Source: Octopus vulgaris
Lineage: Eukaryota
NCBI GenBank assembly: GCA_951406725.2
Contig: OX597822.1
Coordinates: forward strand, 19,406,001-19,470,000
Length of the DNA stretch: 64,000 bases
Direction: 5' to 3'
Position 1 is the stretch's first letter. Each line of letters starts with the position of its first letter. Shown here piece by piece: positions 24,648 through 36,590 of this stretch. The notes under the pieces were generated by a model. That model did no database searches. It was not told the origin of the DNA and worked only from the letters and a program-made list of their open reading frames with translations. The translations under genes were made by a program, and so were the position numbers.

Positions 24648-25197
24648 AGAGAGATAATAGTTTTGGTAACAAGACAGTTCAGTCTGCTGACCATCAGCTG
24701 TAATATTACTCAGAATACTTGCTGCTGGTTGATCATAGAATATATACCTTACTGGTGAACAAATGACTGCAACTTTTGCAAACTTCAAATTGGTGGGTTT
24801 ATTTCTTTCTTTTTTTTTTTTATTTTATTTACGGCAAGATCTCCTCATTCCTGACTAGCTTTGGACCACACACCCATGTATATATAATATACAATATGTA
24901 TATGCATATGTGAGTGTGTGTGTGTGTATAGGCATAGCATTGGAGCAGACATTGTTTTGTAGTTAAGAAGCTTGCTTCCTAACTATATAGCCCTAAGTTC
25001 AGTCCCACTGTGTGGCTCCTTGGGCAAGTATTTCCTGCGTAGTTCCAAACCAACCAAAGACTTGTGAGTGAATTTGGTAGATGGAAACTGAAAGAAACCT
25101 GTTGTGTGTGTGTGTATGTATGAAGATACACACACACACACACATAAGACATGGTATAAATAATTGTCATTACATATTTCCTGTATTAAAGCAAATT

Positions 25198-25313
25198 TGG
25201 CTTACAGCTGTTTCCAGTAGTTGTTATAAGTATGTTACTGATAGGTTTACACAGTTGGTCTATTGATCAGTTGATAAAAATTGAACAAAACAATGCTACT
25301 TTCATCAGAGCCA
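25198..25313 (-). ncRNA. Type I hammerhead ribozyme with a fully canonical core, palindromic helix III and about 87-nt helix II
   Basis: Minus strand: TGGCT CTGATGA AAGTAG...CTACTG GAAA CAGCTG TA AGCCA. Helix I is TGGCT/AGCCA, the helix II base is AGTAG/CTACT, and the site is GUA. Confidence 0.85.
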
Positions 25314-25321
25314 TTTCTGGT

Positions 25322-25660
25322 TGGCACATGGCTCAGTGATTAGAGCGTTGGGCTCACAATCGCGAGGTAGTAAGTTCAGTTCTAGGACTTGTCTGTGTGT
25401 TGTGTTCTTGAGCATTACACTTTATTTTATGTTGCTCCAGTTCATTCAGCTCTAGAAATGAGTTGCAACATCATTGGTGCTAAGCTGCATCAGCCTTTGA
25501 CTTTCCCTTGGATAACATCAGTGGTATTGAGAAAGGAGGCTGGTATTCATGGGTGACTGCTGATCTTCCATAAATAACCTTGTCTGGACTTGTGTCTCAG
25601 AGGGGAACTTTCTAGGTACAACCCCATGGTCATTCATGACTAAAGGGAGTCTTTACCTTT

Positions 25661-25663
<3 letters not shown>
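25322..25663 (+). mobile_element. tRNA-derived SINE (family C)
   Basis: TGGCTCAGTGATTAGAGCG head. Second copy at 56941-57242; related heads at 53390-53610(-) and 63640-63925. Confidence 0.82.
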
Positions 25664-25755
<92 letters not shown>

Positions 25756-26520
25756 ACACTCTCAGAGTGGTTGGTGTTAGGAAGTGCATCCAGCTGTAGA
25801 AACTCTGCCAGATCAAGATTGAAGCCTGGTTCAGCCATCTGGCTCGCCAGCATGGAAAGCGGACGTTAAACGATGGTGGTGATGATGATGATAATATATA
25901 TGACCCAGAATAATAGTGCCTGTTAGGTCCCAGCTATGGGCTGGCTAGCATGCGAACTAGTGCAAGTGCAGGATCCCTAGTTCTTATTATAACTTCATTT
26001 TAGAAGATAAACTTTAAAAAACCTGAAGTGCAGTTTGGTTTCTAGTCATCTCAACATCTGTTGTGCCACTGGTTGGGCTGAAAAATGGTTTCAGCAATCT
26101 TTTATCCACTCAAAACAAATTCGAACATAGGAACTTTTTGGACTCTCTGAACATTTGCATGGATTTTTCTTACATTTTTACCCCCTCACTCTCTTTCAAT
26201 ATTATCATTTACTCACCAACATCATTCTTTCTTCTCTTCCTCTCTATAGAGTTCCCACTCATTAGTATGTGTGTGTGTGTGAGAATGTGTGTATACCCTT
26301 GTCTTGACATTATATGATGGTTGTATATGAGCATCACCATTATCTAAGTGATGTTCATTTCCAGTCTTCCATGGAAAATATATCTGATCATGAGGAAATA
26401 GGCGCTTGGAAACAGGTGAGGGCTGATGATGGGAAGAGCATCTGGCAGAAAAAATTTGCTTCAACATATTCCATCTGACTCGTGCAAGCATAGAAAACAT
26501 GACATTAAATGATGTCGATA

Positions 26521-26947
26521 TTCTTTTATTCTTTTCTTTTACTTGTTTCAGTCATTTGACTGTGGCCATGCTGGAGCACCGCCTTTAGTCGAGCAAATCG
26601 ACCCCAGGACTTATTCTTTGTAAGCCTAGTACTTATTCTATCGGCCCCTTTTGCCGAACTGCTAAGTTATGGAGACGTAAACACACCAGCATCGGTTGTC
26701 AAGCGATGTTGGGGGGAGGGGGCAAACACAGACACACAAACATACACCCCCCCACACACACACATATATATACATACATATATATGACAGGCTTCTTTCA
26801 GTTTCCGTCTACCAAATCCACTCACAAGGCTTTGATCGGCCCGAGGCTATAGTAGAAGACACTTGCCCAAGGTGCCACGTAGTGGGAATGAACCTGGAAC
26901 CATGTGGTTGGTAAGCAAGCTACTTATCACACAGCCACTCCTACACC
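26521..26947 (-). mobile_element. tRNA-derived SINE (family B)
   Basis: Reverse-complement copy of 23543-23952. Confidence 0.9.
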
Positions 26948-29590
26948 TATATGTACACATACACACAAAGGTGCACATAATATATGCACAAAAGCTCAAT
27001 GCATGTATATAGATATTAAAAAGATAGGTAGATAGATATTAATTAATTAATTTAATATTCATAAAAAAAGATGGGATTTGCCTCCATCATTTCTTTTTCA
27101 AACTTTTCTGAATTTTCTTCCGTTTCATTTTGTCTTCTTTCAGTTATCTTTGTAACCTAGAACATTACTTCTCTTTTTTTTGTCATTGTGCAGCACTTTC
27201 CAATTCACATTTAGCATTGATTTCCTTTGATAATCTATCATCTTCTTTCTGCAGTTTCATTGATGTCAAGCTGTTTCTCTACAACTGAAAATTCCTTCAT
27301 CATTTGCTATTATCTGTTGTTGTATATTTGAAAAGTCAATTCTTCACTTTCTTTTTCTTACATTCTTACCCCTCACTCTCCTTCAGTATTATCACTTACT
27401 CACCTACATCATTATTTTTCCTCTTCCTCTCTATAGAGTTCCCTCTCATTTATTTTTTTTTCTCTCAATCAAAACCTGTCTCCACTGCTTCTCTTCATTT
27501 CCAAATGTTTCTTTCTCCCATGCATACAGTTCAATATTTTACAAGATTTTCTCTATGTCATTCTCTCATTTTCTCATCCTCTGTATCTCTGTTATTTTAT
27601 CATGTTACCACTCTAATTCCCTATCTCTACTATTTATACTAATACCTCTCTTTTACTGTATTACTTACTTTTTCCCCATCCCTCTCTATATTCCACTGCT
27701 TGTCTTGCTTGCTCACTGACTGCTAGAGACATATCTATCTATGTATCTCTATATGTATATATATATACACACGGAATTTGAACTCAGAACATAATGGCAG
27801 ACGAAATACCATTAAGCATTTTGCCTAGCATGCTAACATTTCTGCCAGCTCATTGCCTTTATATTCATATATTGATGGATTTGTGTGTGTATGTGTGTGT
27901 GTGTGTGTGTGTGTATCTATAAACACACACAAACAAACAAATATTGTAAAAATTGATAAAGTTGTTAAAGCATTGGATAGAATGCTCTGTGATATTGATT
28001 TCAGACTTCTGGACTCTGAGTTGAAATTCTGCTGAAGTCAACTTTACTTATTATTTCAGAGTTGATAAATAAAATACCAGTCAGGGGCAGTGGACTGGTA
28101 GAATGTTAGACAAGATGCTTTCTGGTACCTCACTACATTTTGAATTAAAATCTTAACTGTCTCCATAAAAAAAAAAGAAGTCTTTTGAGCCCCATTTAAA
28201 ATGATGGTGGGCTTGAAAAGTCCTTAAGCAAGTGTTAGAATCAGCTTCATTAGCCATCTACTGTCACATAAAACTTAATGAGCTGCTTGGTTGAAATCAT
28301 GGTCATCATTGATCACCAATGGAGGAAAACACGTATGTGCACACACATACGCACACACACTGGGAAAAGAAGCTGAGTGAGGTGATAGAAGAGAAGCAGA
28401 GTGCTAAGAGTGAGAGGGTGATAGAGAAGAGGGAAATTGATGAGAGAGTGAGAGACATTTGCATGATGGTTGGTGGTGAAATTAGATGTAAGCAACATAA
28501 TTGACAGAAGAAATGATAAGAGGAAAAACCAGAGTGATGGGGGCGATAATATGACTGTAATAGGGGGGAGGGGGAGTTGTAGCAATTATGTTATGTCAAA
28601 GGGTTGAACTTAAATTCTTGAATTATTTTCTCCTTCCACAAACATAATAAGGCGGTGTAACCATTTCAAAGCAAAACATCCTGTTGTTAGGATCAAATCA
28701 AATAACTCAACTTGGCATACACCTTTATTTTTATGCACATTATGTGCCAGATAAATCTGAAAAACATTTTTTTCACATGGTGTAAAGTAACCATAGTGAC
28801 AATGTAAACAAAGCAAGGCCTTTGAAACAAGTAAAGCTTGTTTTTTTAATTTTTTTCTAGTTAAAATGTTTATATTCAGTTCCAATCTGGCAATAGAAGA
28901 AAATAGATCGAGCTCATATGATGGAGAACTTATGTGGTTGGGCAGACATGCCATCAATTTTACATTATACTTGGTTCCAAAGCCTTGATAGATTAACCAT
29001 TTTGCTGGACCATCCATGGTCATGGAATAATAATTCATCAAAACATCTCTAACCTACTAATTATACAATGTATCTAAGGTACTTTGAACAGTTCTACTTT
29101 CACTTGGATCAATATGGATTGGCATTTATGTTTGACACTATCCCTTCTCTCATTTCTCTTACTCATAGCTATGGATAACTTTAAGCTAAATTAGCTGAGA
29201 ATCTATCAAGACTTTGGTATTGCCACTAATGAATGCAGTATAAACAATGTATATAAACACATGGTGCACATAATGCCACCTGTGGCCATTCAGTGAACTA
29301 AACTGGTAACCACAAGAATTTCAATTTTCCCCTTGTAATTTATCCACACTAAAGGAGGTGCTGGGCCATCAGTTACCAGAAAATTGGTAGGGTTGTTGTA
29401 TTTTTTTTAATACCAGTAACTGCAGTGAGATACTGTATTGTTGATGTTATGTAAGTTTTTTAAAAATATGTAAAAGAGTGGAATTTTCCATAAATGAAAG
29501 CTTCTAGGCCAGAGAAAGATGTATTTGCACCTTCATTTATCTATTATATGAAAACTATTCATGCTATCTTTGTTATTAAGCCTGACTCTG

Positions 29591-29810
29591 TTAACTCTTT
29601 TGATGACAATCTGCCTGAGTCTGTCCCAGGTTCCATTATACAAATTTCTTGTTTCATAGTGATCTAAATTAAAACTTTCCATCAAAATATCGTGTTAATC
29701 TATGATCCAATGTTGACAAAGTTATTTTACTAAATGCTTTGTTATTTTCAAAATTAATTGTGAAATAAAGGCAGTGTATTTCAACAGAATTACTATAACA
29801 AAATAGTTAA
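29591..29810. mobile_element. piggyBac-type MITE (family P1)
   Basis: TTAA-CTCTTTTG ... CAAAATAG-TTAA. Related copies at 33930-34110 and 52745-52972. Confidence 0.7.
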
Positions 29811-29820
29811 ATAAATGTCC

Positions 29821-30222
29821 TCTTTTACTCTTTTACTTGTTTCAGTCATTTGACTGCGGCCATGCTGGAGCGCCGCCTTTAATCGAGCAACTCGACTCCG
29901 GGACTTATTCTTTTGTAAGCCCAGTACTTATTCTATCGGTCTCTTTTGCCGAACCACTAAGTAACGGGGACATAAACACACCAGCATCGGTTGTCAAGCA
30001 ATGCTAGGGGGACAAACACACTCACACAAACACACACACGCATATATATATATACATATATACGATGGGCTTCTTTCAGTTTCCGTCTACCAAATCCACT
30101 CACAAGGCATTGGTCGGCCTGAGGCTATAGTAGAAGACACTTGTCCAAGGTGCCACGCAGTGGGACTTGAACCCGGAACCATGTGGTTGGTAAACAAGCT
30201 ACTTACCACACAGCCACTCCTG
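29821..30222 (-). mobile_element. tRNA-derived SINE (family B)
   Basis: Reverse-complement full-length copy. Confidence 0.9.
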
Positions 30223-30799
30223 TCCATATATTTTTATCACAACTATCACTTTGAATTCTGTTACCTTCTGATGTACTGTTTTTGAATTATTTTACTTATC
30301 AATAACTAGCTTAAAAGCCAAACTCCATGCAAACTTTTAAGATAGCTCCTGCAGAGGGCTCATTGGGACTGCCATCCAAAACCAAAGAGAGCCAAATAGT
30401 ATGACTATAATATGTCTATAATGGCTATATGCCCTTGTTGTGTTTGATCAGAAGTTAACAACAGATGAGAATTAAGTAATGCAATCACTCTATTGTCCCA
30501 GTCCCAAGTTGAATTCCAACTGTTGGCCAATTTGTCCCTAAGTTCTTATCTTGACATAAAAGTAACAAAGTGAATGTCATTTATCTCCCCCTTGATCTTT
30601 GACATCATCTGACAAATACCAAGCAAGTTGATGTGAATCCACCAAGCCTTAACTGCTAGAAATAGCAACCCAAATGCTTTTAAATCATATCTCAATACTG
30701 GATGTTCAAGAACCAAATGAAGGGCAGATTTTCAATCCCAGGATCATCCTGATTCCAAAAAGGTATAATATGTCTAAGTAGATCAAATGTAAACTGAGA

Positions 30800-31083
30800 T
30801 ACAGAGTGTTCCCAGATGGACAGACAGAATTTTGCTTTTATTAATATAGACTAGCTATTTTGACCCATGTTTCACTCGGGTTTTGGTGGGGATGGCAACC
30901 AAACTGTAGCCCTGAGCAACTTACAACCCTCCTCACACCATTGCCCACCCCATTTTACCCCCCCCCCCCGTGTAAATTTTGGTGCCAACCGACCCCATCT
31001 ACCTCCCCTTAAACCGTTCCTATCCCCAAATGAGACAAATAACCAAGAAATCAAACAACTTTTTCGCATTTCAGCTTTATAGA
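30800..31083 (-). mobile_element. Non-autonomous Helitron (30851-31083) joined head-to-tail to the 5' stub of another Helitron
   Basis: Minus strand: TCTATAAAGCTG ... CCCGAGTGAAACATGGG-TCAAAATAG-CTAG|TCTATATTAATAAAAGCAAAATTCTGTCTGTC. Confidence 0.65.
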
Positions 31084-31714
31084 TATTAATGAATAACACA
31101 GTTGTGTCAGTTTCTGTTCTTTAAATGCAGTTATGCTAAATAAATACTAAATTTTGGTATTACATTTTGAAATTGGAGTCATTCACTACATTGCATCAGC
31201 AAGAGCATGCATTTACTCCACAAAATTTGTCACAGAGCAACTGAGAATAGAAAAAGATAGAAATGGAGAGATGCAGCTAATTGACATTTGATGGTAAAGA
31301 GTGAGAGAGATTGAAGCATAAAAATAAAACATTTCACACTAATGTATGTTCACTCAGAATTTGCTAAGGTAGCATAATGGAAGAGAGGGTGATAGAAAGA
31401 TACAGTGATGTATATAAGTAATGAGTTATAGAGAAAATGTGTTAGAGAGAGAGAGAGAGTGTGTGTGTGTTTATGTGATAGATAGCAACATAAAGATTGG
31501 TAATGGTGAGAGAGAAAGAGAGAGAGAGATTAATGGCAACCAATGAGAAATAAGTAGTGAGAAGGAGAGACAGACAATGATTGTGTCTGTGTACGTAACA
31601 AAGGTGGTTGGTGACGGAGAATTAATGTGAACGTAAAGGGTAGGACTTGTTAAGGTTATCTACAGATTTTCTATAGTCATTAATAAAGGGTAGGAGAGAT
31701 CCAAAACTTCACAC

Positions 31715-32500
31715 TTTGTACACAAGCATCATACAGTCTGTTCTTTGCTCATTGTTGTCAGCTAAATTGATATCTCCATGATTTTTTTCATTTTGTTCAT
31801 ATTCTGGCAATTGTGCTTTCAGAACACCAACATGTCCACTATTTGTTAGGTCACCTATGTAGCAAAATCCCTTGTCTACTTCTAGGAAGCCTTCTCAGCT
31901 TTTGAGGAAATTCATTTCACTGGAAACCTTATTACTTGTTAATACTTTTGCATTTGTCACATATAAAGTTTTTTTTTTCTCTGTCAGTCTGCCCCTGATC
32001 CTATTGCATCACTTGTGCACAATGCCAATTTTAAGCCAATTAGATGGATTTGTTCAAATTGGGCCCTTGAACACACTCGAGAGAAGGATGCTATGATGAA
32101 TTTTTAGCCTATCATTGTAGCAAATGGTTGGGCCTCAAGCCCTCAGTGCATTTTGGCTGGGACCAGCATACTACATGAAACACAAAATATCAATCTTCAG
32201 TTTTTGTAGAGTAGTGGGCCCTGCACTTCCTAGTGCCTGCCTACTTGTACATCCTTAAATGACATGGGATACACCATATGGAACTCTTACCTATTTCTTT
32301 TCTTTTGAGTATTTCAAGTAAGGTAACTTGCCTGCGACCAGAGAGTCCTGTCTTCTTTTGAGCTTATCAAAACTTTTAGTTTTTGCTAGATTTACTTTGA
32401 ATCCTTTGGTTTTTAGATTTTTTTAGATTTTGAAGTGAGGTTATGAAACTTCCAGTACTCTGTGACTGTTTTATGAAAATTCACTATGAAATAAGCTAAG
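31715..32500 (-). mobile_element. Decayed RTE-clade LINE fragment (region after the RT domain)
   Basis: Minus frames give KLKVLIS..., GFCYIGDL.NSG, CSESTIARI and RLYDACV, with many stops and an insertion. Confidence 0.7.
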
Positions 32501-33039
32501 CTGCTTGAATATTTCAAAACTTGAGGAATAATTTGGGAAAAGAAACACCATGATGATCATGATGTTTACAAGTATGGTTTGTTAGTTAAGAAGTTTGCAT
32601 GATGCCCTCAGCCTCTGACTTCTTCTAGAACAACTATGAGCTGAGAAATCTTGTGAGTGGATTTGGTAAACGAAACTGAAAGAAGCCTGTTGTATATATG
32701 CATGTATGTAAGAGTGTGTGAGTGTTACTATCTCCTTTCCTTGGCTTCATATGATAGTTTTAAATGAATGTCATCAACATGCAAGCAGTGTCCTTGTAGC
32801 CAATCTTGTGTGAAAAGATATCCAGGCAAGGAGGAATATTACCTTATTTGGAAGCAGTTGAAGGTTGGCAACAGGAAGTCCATCTGGCTGTAGAAAACCT
32901 GCCTCAACTCATGCAAATATGGAAAAGTGGACATTAAAACAATGGTGATTTATCAGCATCAATCAATCTGTAAAAAAACTGTCAAAAGTCAAATCAGGAA
33001 AGTGACCCATGATGTGAAAGGTGACAAAACTGAAAAATT

Positions 33040-33755
33040 TCATGAATAGAGATTTTCCATACAGCTGGATTGATCTACATATCTTACATATGCCTTACTA
33101 ATGGAATATGTAAGATATGTGGATGAGGAAGTTTCTTACTGGAAAACTAGAGACTTATTCAAACTTTATCTTAACTCTTTAAATGTGTAATTTAATTTCA
33201 TGGTTATCCCTGTAATGATGTTAATTATCCACCAAAACATAAAATTGGTATTTTCTGTAAGTCACATTACTTCATAATAAGCTTGACGTACTCCAACAAA
33301 AGATATTTTCTAATATAGCATTCCTCAACAGCAGACATATAAAACTGCTTTTCACAGTTAAGGGTAATGAAATTTTGAGTGGATATATCTGATTTATGCA
33401 GTTAAAGGATTAATAAATTTTTTTCCTAAAAACAATATTCCTATTGATAACATTTTTTTGTGCAACCAATGGGATTCCCTTTATGCTTGGTTGATATAAA
33501 TTTTTTCCTATCATATTGTATTTAAAAAAAAATCCAAATGCTATTATGATTCACTGCACAATTCATTGACTTCATCTCATTATAAAACACTTCATTCCAG
33601 TCGTGCATCAGTCATTCCCATCAGTTTGCAGTAAAGATGATCAATAAAATCAAAAGTTCTGTAAAATCTGGTGAAAAATTTCAACATCTGTGTACTGAAA
33701 ATGAAGAATAATTTGACAATTTTTTCATGCAGATGTAAGATGGCTTTCTACTGCC
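33040..33755 (+). mobile_element. Decayed hAT (Charlie/Buster-type) transposase
   Basis: FSIQLD*ST...ALLMEYVRY; NIP...CATNGIPFMLG; IHCTIH*LHL; AVKMINKIKS...FQHLCTENEE; HADVRWLS. These match the hAT motifs DEST, TDGA, CxxH and RW. Confidence 0.85.
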
Positions 33756-36315
33756 ACTCTCTGTGCCAACTAATGATATTATTTGGCAGAATACAGAAAT
33801 TTCTTCAACCTGAGAACCTAACCTCATAGCACTTTCTCTCCACCCCCACCATCCCATAATTTTAATGATGGCAAATCTGCAGCTTCAGAGAAACAATGTG
33901 ATCCTTATTACACTAAACATATTTCTTTTTTAACTCTTTTGATACCAAACCACCTGAGACCATTCTGTTTTAAAATTATCTAAATTAAAACTTTCCAATT
34001 GAATTATATCGTAAACACCATCTTAATAATGACAACTAAGTTCTTTATTTTCAAAGTTAATGGAAACAAAAGCATTGTATTTTAATAGAAATATAGTAAC
34101 AAAAAGTTACAAATATGTATTTATTTTCTAAGATTCTTGATGTGAAATCATGTGTTGAGTTGGATATTTTTATACTTGGGGATGGTCAATTCTTTATCCT
34201 ATGTGTTTCCTATATTGTTTTGCTTAGTCCATTTTTTTTCAAAAGGTGATACATGGGATAAAGAGTCACTGAAAAGGAATCAGGATGTGAAAGAGCTTTG
34301 GCCAAAAAACAAAAATAATAATTATAAAGCTGAAATAAAGACCTAACATTCAGTGCACATAAGTGGCGAAATATGACCATCCCTATATAACAAAAGGGTT
34401 AGTGAGAAAGTGCAAATTTATCATTACCACTTCCTGTGCCAAAATTCACATTATTTTCTATAACTGGCAGATGTTGCAGGGGAATTAATAGGCAGTGTTG
34501 GATTTTGGCAAACATTTGAAATTTAAGTAAAATCACGGTCATCCATACATACAGGCATGTCCTTTGCAGGTGCCGGTGCCATGTACAATTCACTTGTACG
34601 CTCGTGTTGGTGCCACATACAATTCACTGATACTGCGTAAATGCAACCATGCTGGTGGCACATAAAAAGCACCCAGCACACTCTGTAAAGTGGTTGGCAT
34701 TAAGAAGGGCATGCAACCATGCCAAAACAGACAATTGGAGCTTGGACAGCTCCCTGGCTGGACAGCTTCCTGACTGATCAGCTCCATGTCTAATCATAAG
34801 CATAGAAAATACACTTGATGATGATGATGATGTCTTGGAATCAAGATTTGGGGATATCACTAACACAGATGTACCTAACCAGATCTTTGATCCTTCATTA
34901 TTGATGTGGGTCAGGTGATATCCAAGGTTAGGTGAATGTCTTATATTTTCCTATGGATACTGAATCCAAAATAAGGCTATAAAGTTATGTGGATAAACAA
35001 TAATATTGTTGCAGGATACTTGAATTTGTGGTCAATTTTTGCTCCTTTCTTTTTCTTTCTCAGTTGATATCTTACTGAAACAGTGTTCTGGAGGGTAAAT
35101 CTATAGTGTTGATGCCACAAATAAAAACTGTGCCCAATAAGTGATGTGTATTAGGAAAACATAGAAACTGTGCCAAACTGAAATGTTAGAACAAGACTTA
35201 GTCCTCTGATACATCAGAACCTGCAGAATTGTCCAATCCATGCCAGCATGTAAAGCGGATATAAAATGATGACGATATATATGTATATGAGTATAATTAT
35301 ATGCGTGTGTGTGTGTGTCTCTCCCTGTCTCTTTCTCTCTCTCCCTTCTCTCTTTCTATAAATAGATAGGTATAATACACACACACACACACAATCATTT
35401 TAATGTCCACATGGGCCAGATGGAAATTATTGAGCCAGACTTTCTATGGTTGTGTACCCTTCCTGTTACCAAACCTCACCTGTAATATTTCCCCATAGCT
35501 GGACAAGTTTACAACCTTTCATAGGAGATTGGGAATAAAAGGCACCGCTTGTATGACAGTGAGACTCATTTACAAGTATTATGTGATAAGGACACACACA
35601 CGCATTTGTGTGTATTAGCCAAAAGTTTCACACATCGCACTTATCAGTTTGATAAGTGCACTGCCATACACAAAATTTTCATCCCATAGACCACTTATTA
35701 CTTTCTATCAATTAAACAATTGATGTCATCGTCATCATCGTTTAGCATCCGCTTTCTATGCTGGCATGGGTTGGACAGTGCAACTGGGGTCTGGGAAGCC
35801 AGAAGGCTGCACTAGGCCCAGTCTGATCTGGCAATGTTTCTACGGCTGGATGCCCTTCCTAACGCCAACCACTCCATGAGTGTAGTGGGTGCTTTTTACG
35901 TGCCAGACGAGGCTAGCAAACGGCCACGATTGGATGGTGCTTTTTATGTGCCACCGGCAGAGGCCAGGCGAGGCTGGCAAACAGCCATGATTGGATGGTG
36001 CTTTTTACGTGCCACCGGCACAGAGGCCAGGCGAGGATGTATATATATATATATATATTAGTAAGAAGTGAGGAATTACCCCAAAACGATAACCAGCTTG
36101 CTTTCAATTAAGTATTCAAAATATGTTATTCAACAGTTAACACATAAATCCAATAAAGTTCTTGTAAGATAAGAAATTAGAGGAATATTCCATTGGATAA
36201 TTCTGAATATATTTCCTTAACCATAAAGGTTTCCTGGAATATAAATATTGACAATATTAAAAATAAGGATTACTCCAAAGTAGCAATAGCATTACCTTTA
36301 ATTCTATACTGTCTT

Positions 36316-36590
36316 TTAAGACCGAAACATGTTTCAATTGCGCCAGTTAGTAATCAGTGCATTTGCAACCCTACTATAAAACAGTGCAGTCTCACCCAGG
36401 TCTTAACTTGATATCCTTCAGTTTGGCCATTTAATGATTTTCTTTTATAACCTCAACATTGTATAATTTTGGCTTTTACTTCTGGTCAAGTTGTTCAAAA
36501 TAATTACACTAGTCTAGTTTTCATATGTGATCTTTGAGGAGGTCAATTTCTCACAGTGGACATTTTTTGCATTTCATAGGGATATCCTCT
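36316..36590 (-). mobile_element. Penelope-like endonuclease C-terminal relic followed by a degenerate hammerhead (36316-36406)
   Basis: Minus strand: KCKKCPL* (CxxC-like), then TTAAGAC CTGGGTGA GACTGCAC...GCGCAATT GAAA CATG TT TC GGTCTTAA. Confidence 0.5.

Noticed and set aside
28610-29041. 143-aa minus-strand ORF in unique sequence
   Set aside because: No recognisable domain, non-ATG start, and no supporting splice pattern.
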